From assembly GCA_964016885.1 (NCBI GenBank), contig OZ024742.1, positions 320,292,001 to 320,356,000 of the forward strand: a stretch of 64,000 nt of DNA. The letters are read 5' to 3'. The notes below the pieces were generated by a model. That model saw only the letters and a list, made by a program, of their open reading frames with translations. It did not search any database and had not been told where the DNA came from. Source of the DNA: Eledone cirrhosa. Lineage: Eukaryota. The position numbers were made by a program, and so were the translations under genes. Below, piece after piece: positions 40,914-55,054 of this stretch. The first letter of the stretch is position 1. Each line of letters starts with the position of its first letter.

Positions 40914-41419
40914 TCTCTATATATAAAGTTGTAGTTCCTGTCTGTTTTTTTGTTTGTTTGTTTGTTCACGAACTCCTATGGTTTTGGAGATAGACCCCCA
41001 TAACCATATATATTCTGAAACTACATTGCCCATGGTACTTGGATAAGTAAATTTCCTTTTAATCAAAGGGTTCTCTGGAGGCACAAACCCAGCTGAAAAT
41101 TTTTTCCCTTTGATTTATATGAAATTGAAACCATAGGTAAATGACAAGATATGATGCCTATTCACAAAAGTTTTGAATTGATATTTTGAAAAAAATGATT
41201 TACAAAAAACAAAATAAGAATAAGATTTAATAATGTAATTTTGATTTGATATATTACAAAAAATAATGTTTTCCAATTTTTCATGCATTACATTTTACAT
41301 TGAGCAATATTGAAATGCAGAGTTTTTCTCCATAAATTATATCACTGATTTAAAATCAATCATCATTTTCTCAGAAATAAAATGTGTGAAACGCAGCAAG
41401 GAGCGGGTAATTCGGCTAG
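40914..41419 (+). mobile_element. Non-autonomous Helitron-like element
   Basis: 5' TCTCTATATATAAA, (TTTG)n, subterminal CGCAGCAAGGAGCG imperfect hairpin, 3' CTAG, inserted between A and T. Confidence 0.7.
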
Positions 41420-41455
<36 letters not shown>

Positions 41456-41519
41456 ATATTATATATATATATATATAATATATATATATATAAATATATA
41501 TATAATATATATATATATA

Positions 41520-41975
41520 GGCATACGTCAAGACGGGCGGTCTCAAAAGTGAAACTAATTTTTGAAAGTTAGGATACACACGCAATTGTATGGATTTCTT
41601 AATATATATATATATGTGTGGGTGTGTATATGTGGGTGTGTATTTGTGTGTATATATATGTGTGTGTGTATGTATATATATATATATATGTGTTTGTATA
41701 TATATATGTGTTTGTGTCATCATCATCGTTTAACGTCTATCTTCCACGCAAGCATGGGTTTAGACGTATATATATGTTTGTGTGTATATATGTGTTTGTG
41801 TGTATATATATGTGTGTTTGTGTTTATATATATGTGTGTTTGTGTGTATATATATGTGTCTGTATATATATATATGTGTATGTATATATATATTTATGCA
41901 CACATACACATTTGTATGAATTGTAACTGTCACAAATTAGTTTCACTTTTGAGACCGCCCGTCTTGACGTATGCC
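41520..41975. mobile_element. MITE-like element with perfect 42-bp TIRs in (TA)n
   Basis: GGCATACGTCAAGACGGGCGGTCTCAAAAGTGAAACTAATTT and its exact reverse complement at 41934-41975. Confidence 0.8.
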
Positions 41976-43626
<1,651 letters not shown>

Positions 43627-43826
43627 NNNNNNNNNNNNNNNNNNNNNNNNNNNNNNNNNNNNNNNNNNNNNNNNNNNNNNNNNNNNNNNNNNNNNNNNNN
43701 NNNNNNNNNNNNNNNNNNNNNNNNNNNNNNNNNNNNNNNNNNNNNNNNNNNNNNNNNNNNNNNNNNNNNNNNNNNNNNNNNNNNNNNNNNNNNNNNNNNN
43801 NNNNNNNNNNNNNNNNNNNNNNNNNN
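43627..43826. other. Assembly gap (200 N)
   Basis: Run of N. Confidence 1.
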
Positions 43827-43918
43827 TATATGTATATGTATATGTATATGTATATATATGTATGTATATGTATATATATATATATGTATGTATATGTATA
43901 TATATATATATATGTATG

Positions 43919-43956
<38 letters not shown>

Positions 43957-43961
<5 letters not shown>

Positions 43962-44121
43962 ATTTAAAACTGCACTATCCACAAGTGTTTTTTAGCCTTC
44001 ATATCATGTTCTCCTGTTTTATCTGATGAAAACACAAATATTATTGCATGATGATGTTTGTTTTTGAAATGCGCATAATAAAATACATGGAACTCCTTTA
44101 ACCATCTTTTGATCTTATATT
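43957..44121 (+). mobile_element. PLE pLTR fragment with HHR family A (core 44023-44077)
   Basis: Matches ~57368-57535; CTGATGA..GAAATGCGCATA. Confidence 0.9.
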
Positions 44122-44179
44122 ATATATATTCATTTCATTCATTTTGTTCCATTCATTTCATTTCATTTCATTTCATTCA

Positions 44180-44523
44180 TTCATTTTGTTTCAATTTATC
44201 GTTTTCGGTATGCCTAACCGATTTAACTCACTCAATATGCAAATTAGGCTGCTCAGCCGTTAATTTTCATAAGGAAAGGAAAGTATATACTTTCGAACGT
44301 TCAACTATCTGGCAGATGGGTAAACGGTGCTGATGATAGCTAACAAGCTTGAAACTAGTACATCGTTCCTGTGTCAGTGTTGAACAAAAAGGTGACGTGG
44401 TTGCCTTAACACCGTATGGCATAAATTCAGGCTGTTCAGTTTGTTTACAAACGAACAAAGCGACGTTAGCGCCGCTAAACTGATACGTGCATATATGTAT
44501 GTGTACCTGTATGCATATGTATA

Positions 44524-44558
<35 letters not shown>

Positions 44559-44999
44559 GTGCATGCTACTGTACGTCTGTATACATATATGTATGTACGT
44601 ATACATGCATACTTACATTTAAGTAAGTGCCATACTAAGAGTGAGAAATGAAATTTCGTTTTCATTTTGTTTCAATTTATCGTTTTCGGTATGCCTAACC
44701 GATTTAACTCACTCAATATGCAAATTAGGCTGCTCAGCCGTTAATTTTCATAAGGAAAGTATATACTTTCGAACGTTCAACTATCTGGCAGATGGGTAAA
44801 CGGTGCTGATGATAGCTAACAAGCTTGAAACTAGTACATCGTTCCTGTGTCAGTGTTGAACAAAAAGGTGACGTGGTTGCCTTAACACCGTATGGCATAA
44901 ATTCAGGCTGTTCAGTTTGTTTACAAACGAACAAAGCGACGTTAGCGCCGCTAAACTGATACGTGCATATATGTATGTGTACCTGTATGCATATGTATA

Positions 45000-45034
<35 letters not shown>

Positions 45035-45475
45035 GTGCATGCTACTGTACGTCTGTATACATATATGTATGTACGTATACATGCATACTTACATTTAAGT
45101 AAGTGCCATACTAAGAGTGAGAAATGAAATTTCGTTTTCATTTTGTTTCAATTTATCGTTTTCGGTATGCCTAACCGATTTAACTCACTCAATATGCAAA
45201 TTAGGCTGCTCAGCCGTTAATTTTCATAAGGAAAGTATATACTTTCGAACGTTCAACTATCTGGCAGATGGGTAAACGGTGCTGATGATAGCTAACAAGC
45301 TTGAAACTAGTACATCGTTCCTGTGTCAGTGTTGAACAAAAAGGTGACGTGGTTGCCTTAACACCGTATGGCATAAATTCAGGCTGTTCAGTTTGTTTAC
45401 AAACGAACAAAGCGACGTTAGCGCCGCTAAACTGATACGTGCATATATGTATGTGTACCTGTATGCATATGTATA

Positions 45476-45510
<35 letters not shown>

Positions 45511-45951
45511 GTGCATGCTACTGTACGTCTGTATACATATATGTATGTACGTATACATGCATACTTACATTTAAGTAAGTGCCATACTAAGAGTGAGAAA
45601 TGAAATTTCGTTTTCATTTTGTTTCAATTTATCGTTTTCGGTATGCCTAACCGATTTAACTCACTCAATATGCAAATTAGGCTGCTCAGCCGTTAATTTT
45701 CATAAGGAAAGTATATACTTTCGAACGTTCAACTATCTGGCAGATGGGTAAACGGTGCTGATGATAGCTAACAAGCTTGAAACTAGTACATCGTTCCTGT
45801 GTCAGTGTTGAACAAAAAGGTGACGTGGTTGCCTTAACACCGTATGGCATAAATTCAGGCTGTTCAGTTTGTTTACAAACGAACAAAGCGACGTTAGCGC
45901 CGCTAAACTGATACGTGCATATATGTATGTGTACCTGTATGCATATGTATA

Positions 45952-45986
<35 letters not shown>

Positions 45987-46427
45987 GTGCATGCTACTGT
46001 ACGTCTGTATACATATATGTATGTACGTATACATGCATACTTACATTTAAGTAAGTGCCATACTAAGAGTGAGAAATGAAATTTCGTTTTCATTTTGTTT
46101 CAATTTATCGTTTTCGGTATGCCTAACCGATTTAACTCACTCAATATGCAAATTAGGCTGCTCAGCCGTTAATTTTCATAAGGAAAGTATATACTTTCGA
46201 ACGTTCAACTATCTGGCAGATGGGTAAACGGTGCTGATGATAGCTAACAAGCTTGAAACTAGTACATCGTTCCTGTGTCAGTGTTGAACAAAAAGGTGAC
46301 GTGGTTGCCTTAACACCGTATGGCATAAATTCAGGCTGTTCAGTTTGTTTACAAACGAACAAAGCGACGTTAGCGCCGCTAAACTGATACGTGCATATAT
46401 GTATGTGTACCTGTATGCATATGTATA

Positions 46428-46462
<35 letters not shown>

Positions 46463-46903
46463 GTGCATGCTACTGTACGTCTGTATACATATATGTATGT
46501 ACGTATACATGCATACTTACATTTAAGTAAGTGCCATACTAAGAGTGAGAAATGAAATTTCGTTTTCATTTTGTTTCAATTTATCGTTTTCGGTATGCCT
46601 AACCGATTTAACTCACTCAATATGCAAATTAGGCTGCTCAGCCGTTAATTTTCATAAGGAAAGTATATACTTTCGAACGTTCAACTATCTGGCAGATGGG
46701 TAAACGGTGCTGATGATAGCTAACAAGCTTGAAACTAGTACATCGTTCCTGTGTCAGTGTTGAACAAAAAGGTGACGTGGTTGCCTTAACACCGTATGGC
46801 ATAAATTCAGGCTGTTCAGTTTGTTTACAAACGAACAAAGCGACGTTAGCGCCGCTAAACTGATACGTGCATATATGTATGTGTACCTGTATGCATATGT
46901 ATA

Positions 46904-46938
<35 letters not shown>

Positions 46939-47379
46939 GTGCATGCTACTGTACGTCTGTATACATATATGTATGTACGTATACATGCATACTTACATTT
47001 AAGTAAGTGCCATACTAAGAGTGAGAAATGAAATTTCGTTTTCATTTTGTTTCAATTTATCGTTTTCGGTATGCCTAACCGATTTAACTCACTCAATATG
47101 CAAATTAGGCTGCTCAGCCGTTAATTTTCATAAGGAAAGTATATACTTTCGAACGTTCAACTATCTGGCAGATGGGTAAACGGTGCTGATGATAGCTAAC
47201 AAGCTTGAAACTAGTACATCGTTCCTGTGTCAGTGTTGAACAAAAAGGTGACGTGGTTGCCTTAACACCGTATGGCATAAATTCAGGCTGTTCAGTTTGT
47301 TTACAAACGAACAAAGCGACGTTAGCGCCGCTAAACTGATACGTGCATATATGTATGTGTACCTGTATGCATATGTATA

Positions 47380-47410
<31 letters not shown>

Positions 47411-47851
47411 GTGCATGCTACTGTACGTCTGTATACATATATGTATGTACGTATACATGCATACTTACATTTAAGTAAGTGCCATACTAAGAGTGAGAAA
47501 TGAAATTTCGTTTTCATTTTGTTTCAATTTATCGTTTTCGGTATGCCTAACCGATTTAACTCACTCAATATGCAAATTAGGCTGCTCAGCCGTTAATTTT
47601 CATAAGGAAAGTATATACTTTCGAACGTTCAACTATCTGGCAGATGGGTAAACGGTGCTGATGATAGCTAACAAGCTTGAAACTAGTACATCGTTCCTGT
47701 GTCAGTGTTGAACAAAAAGGTGACGTGGTTGCCTTAACACCGTATGGCATAAATTCAGGCTGTTCAGTTTGTTTACAAACGAACAAAGCGACGTTAGCGC
47801 CGCTAAACTGATACGTGCATATATGTATGTGTACCTGTATGCATATGTATA

Positions 47852-47886
<35 letters not shown>

Positions 47887-48327
47887 GTGCATGCTACTGT
47901 ACGTCTGTATACATATATGTATGTACGTATACATGCATACTTACATTTAAGTAAGTGCCATACTAAGAGTGAGAAATGAAATTTCGTTTTCATTTTGTTT
48001 CAATTTATCGTTTTCGGTATGCCTAACCGATTTAACTCACTCAATATGCAAATTAGGCTGCTCAGCCGTTAATTTTCATAAGGAAAGTATATACTTTCGA
48101 ACGTTCAACTATCTGGCAGATGGGTAAACGGTGCTGATGATAGCTAACAAGCTTGAAACTAGTACATCGTTCCTGTGTCAGTGTTGAACAAAAAGGTGAC
48201 GTGGTTGCCTTAACACCGTATGGCATAAATTCAGGCTGTTCAGTTTGTTTACAAACGAACAAAGCGACGTTAGCGCCGCTAAACTGATACGTGCATATAT
48301 GTATGTGTACCTGTATGCATATGTATA

Positions 48328-48362
<35 letters not shown>

Positions 48363-48803
48363 GTGCATGCTACTGTACGTCTGTATACATATATGTATGT
48401 ACGTATACATGCATACTTACATTTAAGTAAGTGCCATACTAAGAGTGAGAAATGAAATTTCGTTTTCATTTTGTTTCAATTTATCGTTTTCGGTATGCCT
48501 AACCGATTTAACTCACTTAATATGCAAATTAGGCTGCTCAGCCGTTAATTTTCATAAGGAAAGTATATACTTTCGAACGTTCAACTATCTGGCAGATGGG
48601 TAAACGGTGCTGATGATAGCTAACAAGCTTGAAACTAGTACATCGTTCCTGTGTCAGTGTTGAACAAAAAGGTGACGTGGTTGCCTTAACACCGTATGGC
48701 ATAAATTCAGGCTGTTCAGTTTGTTTACAAACGAACAAAGCGACGTTAGCGCCGCTAAACTGATACGTGCATATATGTATGTGTACCTGTATGCATATGT
48801 ATA

Positions 48804-48838
<35 letters not shown>

Positions 48839-49279
48839 GTGCATGCTACTGTACGTCTGTATACATATATGTATGTACGTATACATGCATACTTACATTT
48901 AAGTAAGTGCCATACTAAGAGTGAGAAATGAAATTTCGTTTTCATTTTGTTTCAATTTATCGTTTTCGGTATGCCTAACCGATTTAACTCACTCAATATG
49001 CAAATTAGGCTGCTCAGCCGTTAATTTTCATAAGGAAAGTATATACTTTCGAACGTTCAACTATCTGGCAGATGGGTAAACGGTGCTGATGATAGCTAAC
49101 AAGCTTGAAACTAGTACATCGTTCCTGTGTCAGTGTTGAACAAAAAGGTGACGTGGTTGCCTTAACACCGTATGGCATAAATTCAGGCTGTTCAGTTTGT
49201 TTACAAACGAACAAAGCGACGTTAGCGCCGCTAAACTGATACGTGCATATATGTATGTGTACCTGTATGCATATGTATA

Positions 49280-49314
<35 letters not shown>

Positions 49315-49755
49315 GTGCATGCTACTGTACGTCTGTATACATATATGTATGTACGTATACATGCATACTTACATTTAAGTAAGTGCCATACTAAGAGTGA
49401 GAAATGAAATTTCGTTTTCATTTTGTTTCAATTTATCGTTTTCGGTATGCCTAACCGATTTAACTCACTCAATATGCAAATTAGGCTGCTCAGCCGTTAA
49501 TTTTCATAAGGAAAGTATATACTTTCGAACGTTCAACTATCTGGCAGATGGGTAAACGGTGCTGATGATAGCTAACAAGCTTGAAACTAGTACATCGTTC
49601 CTGTGTCAGTGTTGAACAAAAAGGTGACGTGGTTGCCTTAACACCGTATGGCATAAATTCAGGCTGTTCAGTTTGTTTACAAACGAACAAAGCGACGTTA
49701 GCGCCGCTAAACTGATACGTGCATATATGTATGTGTACCTGTATGCATATGTATA

Positions 49756-49790
<35 letters not shown>

Positions 49791-50231
49791 GTGCATGCTA
49801 CTGTACGTCTGTATACATATATGTATGTACGTATACATGCATACTTACATTTAAGTAAGTGCCATACTAAGAGTGAGAAATGAAATTTCGTTTTCATTTT
49901 GTTTCAATTTATCGTTTTCGGTATGCCTAACCGATTTAACTCACTCAATATGCAAATTAGGCTGCTCAGCCGTTAATTTTCATAAGGAAAGTATATACTT
50001 TCGAACGTTCAACTATCTGGCAGATGGGTAAACGGTGCTGATGATAGCTAACAAGCTTGAAACTAGTACATCGTTCCTGTGTCAGTGTTGAACAAAAAGG
50101 TGACGTGGTTGCCTTAACACCGTATGGCATAAATTCAGGCTGTTCAGTTTGTTTACAAACGAACAAAGCGACGTTAGCGCCGCTAAACTGATACGTGCAT
50201 ATATGTATGTGTACCTGTATGCATATGTATA

Positions 50232-50266
<35 letters not shown>

Positions 50267-50707
50267 GTGCATGCTACTGTACGTCTGTATACATATATGC
50301 ATGTACGTATACATGCATACTTACATTTAAGTAAGTGCCATACTAAGAGTGAGAAATGAAATTTCGTTTTCATTTTGTTTCAATTTATCGTTTTCGGTAT
50401 GCCTAACCGATTTAACTCACTCAATATGCAAATTAGGCTGCTCAGCCGTTAATTTTCATAAGGAAAGTATATACTTTCGAACGTTCAACTATCTGGCAGA
50501 TGGGTAAACGGTGCTGATGATAGCTAACAAGCTTGAAACTAGTACATCGTTCCTGTGTCAGTGTTGAACAAAAAGGTGACGTGGTTGCCTTAACACCGTA
50601 TGGCATAAATTCAGGCTGTTCAGTTTGTTTACAAACGAACAAAGCGACGTTAGCGCCGCTAAACTGATACGTGCATATATGTATGTGTACCTGTATGCAT
50701 ATGTATA

Positions 50708-50742
<35 letters not shown>

Positions 50743-51183
50743 GTGCATGCTACTGTACGTCTGTATACATATATGTATGTACGTATACATGCATACTTAC
50801 ATTTAAGTAAGTGCCATACTAAGAGTGAGAAATGAAATTTCGTTTTCATTTTGTTTCAATTTATCGTTTTCGGTATGCCTAACCGATTTAACTCACTCAA
50901 TATGCAAATTAGGCTGCTCAGCCGTTAATTTTCATAAGGAAAGTATATACTTTCGAACGTTCAACTATCTGGCAGATGGGTAAACGGTGCTGATGATAGC
51001 TAACAAGCTTGAAACTAGTACATCGTTCCTGTGTCAGTGTTGAACAAAAAGGTGACGTGGTTGCCTTAACACCGTATGGCATAAATTCAGGCTGTTCAGT
51101 TTGTTTACAAACGAACAAAGCGACGTTAGCGCCGCTAAACTGATACGTGCATATATGTATGTGTACCTGTATGCATATGTATA

Positions 51184-51218
<35 letters not shown>

Positions 51219-51659
51219 GTGCATGCTACTGTACGTCTGTATACATATATGTATGTACGTATACATGCATACTTACATTTAAGTAAGTGCCATACTAAGA
51301 GTGAGAAATGAAATTTCGTTTTCATTTTGTTTCAATTTATCGTTTTCGGTATGCCTAACCGATTTAACTCACTCAATATGCAAATTAGGCTGCTCAGCCG
51401 TTAATTTTCATAAGGAAAGTATATACTTTCGAACGTTCAACTATCTGGCAGATGGGTAAACGGTGCTGATGATAGCTAACAAGCTTGAAACTAGTACATC
51501 GTTCCTGTGTCAGTGTTGAACAAAAAGGTGACGTGGTTGCCTTAACACCGTATGGCATAAATTCAGGCTGTTCAGTTTGTTTACAAACGAACAAAGCGAC
51601 GTTAGCGCCGCTAAACTGATACGTGCATATATGTATGTGTACCTGTATGCATATGTATA

Positions 51660-51694
<35 letters not shown>

Positions 51695-52135
51695 GTGCAT
51701 GCTACTGTACGTCTGTATACATATATGTATGTACGTATACATGCATACTTACATTTAAGTAAGTGCCATACTAAGAGTGAGAAATGAAATTTCGTTTTCA
51801 TTTTGTTTCAATTTATCGTTTTCGGTATGCCTAACCGATTTAACTCACTCAATATGCAAATTAGGCTGCTCAGCCGTTAATTTTCATAAGGAAAGTATAT
51901 ACTTTCGAACGTTCAACTATCTGGCAGATGGGTAAACGGTGCTGATGATAGCTAACAAGCTTGAAACTAGTACATCGTTCCTGTGTCAGTGTTGAACAAA
52001 AAGGTGACGTGGTTGCCTTAACACCGTATGGCATAAATTCAGGCTGTTCAGTTTGTTTACAAACGAACAAAGCGACGTTAGCGCCGCTAAACTGATACGT
52101 GCATATATGTATGTGTACCTGTATGCATATGTATA

Positions 52136-52170
<35 letters not shown>

Positions 52171-52611
52171 GTGCATGCTACTGTACGTCTGTATACATAT
52201 ATGTATGTACGTATACATGCATACTTACATTTAAGTAAGTGCCATACTAAGAGTGAGAAATGAAATTTCGTTTTCATTTTGTTTCAATTTATCGTTTTCG
52301 GTATGCCTAACCGATTTAACTCACTCAATATGCAAATTAGGCTGCTCAGCCGTTAATTTTCATAAGGAAAGTATATACTTTCGAACGTTCAACTATCTGG
52401 CAGATGGGTAAACGGTGCTGATGATAGCTAACAAGCTTGAAACTAGTACATCGTTCCTGTGTCAGTGTTGAACAAAAAGGTGACGTGGTTGCCTTAACAC
52501 CGTATGGCATAAATTCAGGCTGTTCAGTTTGTTTACAAACGAACAAAGCGACGTTAGCGCCGCTAAACTGATACGTGCATATATGTATGTGTACCTGTAT
52601 GCATATGTATA

Positions 52612-52653
<42 letters not shown>

Positions 52654-53091
52654 CATGCTACTGTACGTCTGTATACATATATGTATGTACGTATACATGC
52701 ATACTTACATTTAAGTAAGTGCCATACTAAGAGTGAGAAATGAAATTTCGTTTTCATTTTGTTTCAATTTATCGTTTTCGGTATGCCTAACCGATTTAAC
52801 TCACTCAATATGCAAATTAGGCTGCTCAGCCGTTAATTTTCATAAGGAAAGTATATACTTTCGAACGTTCAACTATCTGGCAGATGGGTAAACGGTGCTG
52901 ATGATAGCTAACAAGCTTGAAACTAGTACATCGTTCCTGTGTCAGTGTTGAACAAAAAGGTGACGTGGTTGCCTTAACACCGTATGGCATAAATTCAGGC
53001 TGTTCAGTTTGTTTACAAACGAACAAAGCGACGTTAGCGCCGCTAAACTGATACGTGCATATATGTATGTGTACCTGTATGCATATGTATA

Positions 53092-53126
<35 letters not shown>

Positions 53127-53242
53127 GTGCATGCTACTGTACGTCTGTATACATATATGTATGTACGTATACATGCATACTTACATTTAAGTAAGTGCCA
53201 TACTAAGAGTGAGAAATGAAATTTCGTTTTCATTTTGTTTCA

Positions 53243-53248
<6 letters not shown>
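44180..53248 (+). repeat. Tandem array of 19 x 476-bp monomers, each with an HHR (retrozyme-like satellite)
   Basis: ORF-track period 476 (472, 480 and 481 in three units); every unit has AACGGTG-CTGATGA-TAGCTAACAAGCTT-GAAA-CTAG-TA-CATCGTT. Confidence 0.95.
44299..44385 (+). ncRNA. Type I hammerhead ribozyme (family D), first monomer; recurs every ~476 bp
   Basis: Core CTGATGA 44330-36, GAAA 44351-54, GUA cleavage after 44360; stem I AACGGTG/CATCGTT extended by CTGGCA/TGTCAG and GTTCAAC/GTTGAAC; stem II AGCT/AGCT; palindromic ACTAGT stem III. Confidence 0.9.
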
Positions 53249-53322
<74 letters not shown>

Positions 53323-53377
53323 ATGTATATATATATGTATATATATATGTATATATATATATATATGTATGTATATG

Positions 53378-53452
<75 letters not shown>

Positions 53453-53457
53453 GTATG

Positions 53458-53489
<32 letters not shown>

Positions 53490-53614
53490 ATGTAGGAGGT
53501 GAGTTTTATTGTAGTACAATAAAGCAATGCAGATATCGGATAAGAAGCACTCTACAGTTTGTGGGACTGGAGTATGCATAATATAAGATCAAAAGATGGT
53601 TAAAGGAGTTCAAT

Positions 53615-53687
53615 ATATTTTATTATGCGCATTTCAAAAACAAACATCATCAAACAATAATATTTGTGTTTTCATCAGATAAAACAG
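53615..53687 (-). ncRNA. HHR family A in the 3' pLTR, sense to the PLE ORF
   Basis: TCATCAG at 53672-78 and TATGCGCATTTC upstream on the + strand. Confidence 0.85.
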
Positions 53688-54685
53688 GAGAACATGATAT
53701 GAAGGCTAAAAAAACACTTGTTGATAGTGCAGTTTTAAATCAACATATGAAAAGTGGTTTTAGATTGATGTGTGATATTGGGAAAAATATTTTAGAGGGG
53801 GGGAGAGAAAAGGATGAAAAGGGAAGGAGATGAGAGGGAGAGATGGGTGATAGAGAGAAAGAGATAGTTTTTATAACTGAGAGGAGATATATTTTATATA
53901 GAGGGGTTGAAAACCGTTGGAAGATACTGTATAAATTAAAAATTTTGAAAATTAACGAAGGGAGGATATGTGCGAGGAAAAAATATATTATATTTAGGGA
54001 GGGGGGGGTGGAAAGGATGAAAAAAAGGGGAGGAGATGAGAGTGAAAGTGGAAAGGGAGAGATGGGTGATAGAGAGAAAGAGATAGTTTTTATAACTGAG
54101 AAAAAGATATAATGTTTTAATATAGAGAGGTTGGGAACCGTTGGAAGATAATGTATAAATTAAAGGAATTTGAAAATTAACAAAGGGAAATTATGTATGG
54201 AGATAGAGAGAAAAAAAAAAAATAATTGTGGGTGAATATTCTAACGTCAAAAGAAGAAATGTAGGAATTTTAAAATTAGCAAAGAGAAAAAGTTTATGTG
54301 TAGAAGGATTTGAGAAAAATAATGTGAAGTTAAAGTTTGTATATTGAATTCATATGTATTAATAATGAGTTCGTTGATGGGGAGAAAAAAATAATAATAA
54401 ATTAAGGATGAAATTGAGATTAAAAAGATTTATGATAGAGAGAAAAAATAATAATGATTGCGGATGAATACTCAAAATGTCAAAAACAAATGTTATTGTT
54501 TTACGAGGAGATAGAATGAGGGTGATGAGTAAACGAGTATTATAGAGTGTATAATGCCCTTTAAAGTAAGGTAGATGGGTATATTTTAAAGAATATATGA
54601 GTATATATTAAAAAAATATATAATAATAAATTAAGGATGAAATTGAGATTAAAAAGATTTATGATAGAGGGAAAAAAATAATAAT

Positions 54686-54860
54686 TGTTTCTACTATTGG
54701 CACAAGGCCAGAAATTACCCAGTACATTACTGGTACTTTATTTTATCGACCCCGTAAGGATGAAAGGCAAAGTTAACCTCGGCGGGATTTGAACTCAGAA
54801 TAGCAAGGGCCGTAACTCTATGCATCAAAGCATGGCGTCCGACCCTCTACCGATACTGCC
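54686..54860 (-). mobile_element. SINE S1 inserted in the PLE 3' UTR
   Basis: Interrupts one copy of a duplicated UTR segment; empty site at ~54455. Confidence 0.92.
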
Positions 54861-55054
54861 ATGATTGCGGATGAATATTCAAAATGTCAAAAACAAATGT
54901 TATTGTTTTACGAGAAGATAGGATGAGGGTAATGAGTAAACGAGTATTATAGAGTGTATAATGCCCTTTAAAGTAAGGTAGATGGGTATATTTTAAAGAG
55001 GTGTATGTATATGTGCCTTTGAGAAAAGATTCTAAATTGATAAAGAATTGAATA

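Noticed and set aside
44267-53233. Repeated 135-aa and 61-aa ORFs as a tandem gene family
   Set aside because: They run through a TA tract, are frameshifted in two units and have no domain; the conserved signal is RNA structure
44180-53248. CRISPR-like array or 5S/snRNA/tRNA gene cluster
   Set aside because: No variable spacers and no recognisable 5S, U snRNA, spliced leader or tRNA sequence in the monomer
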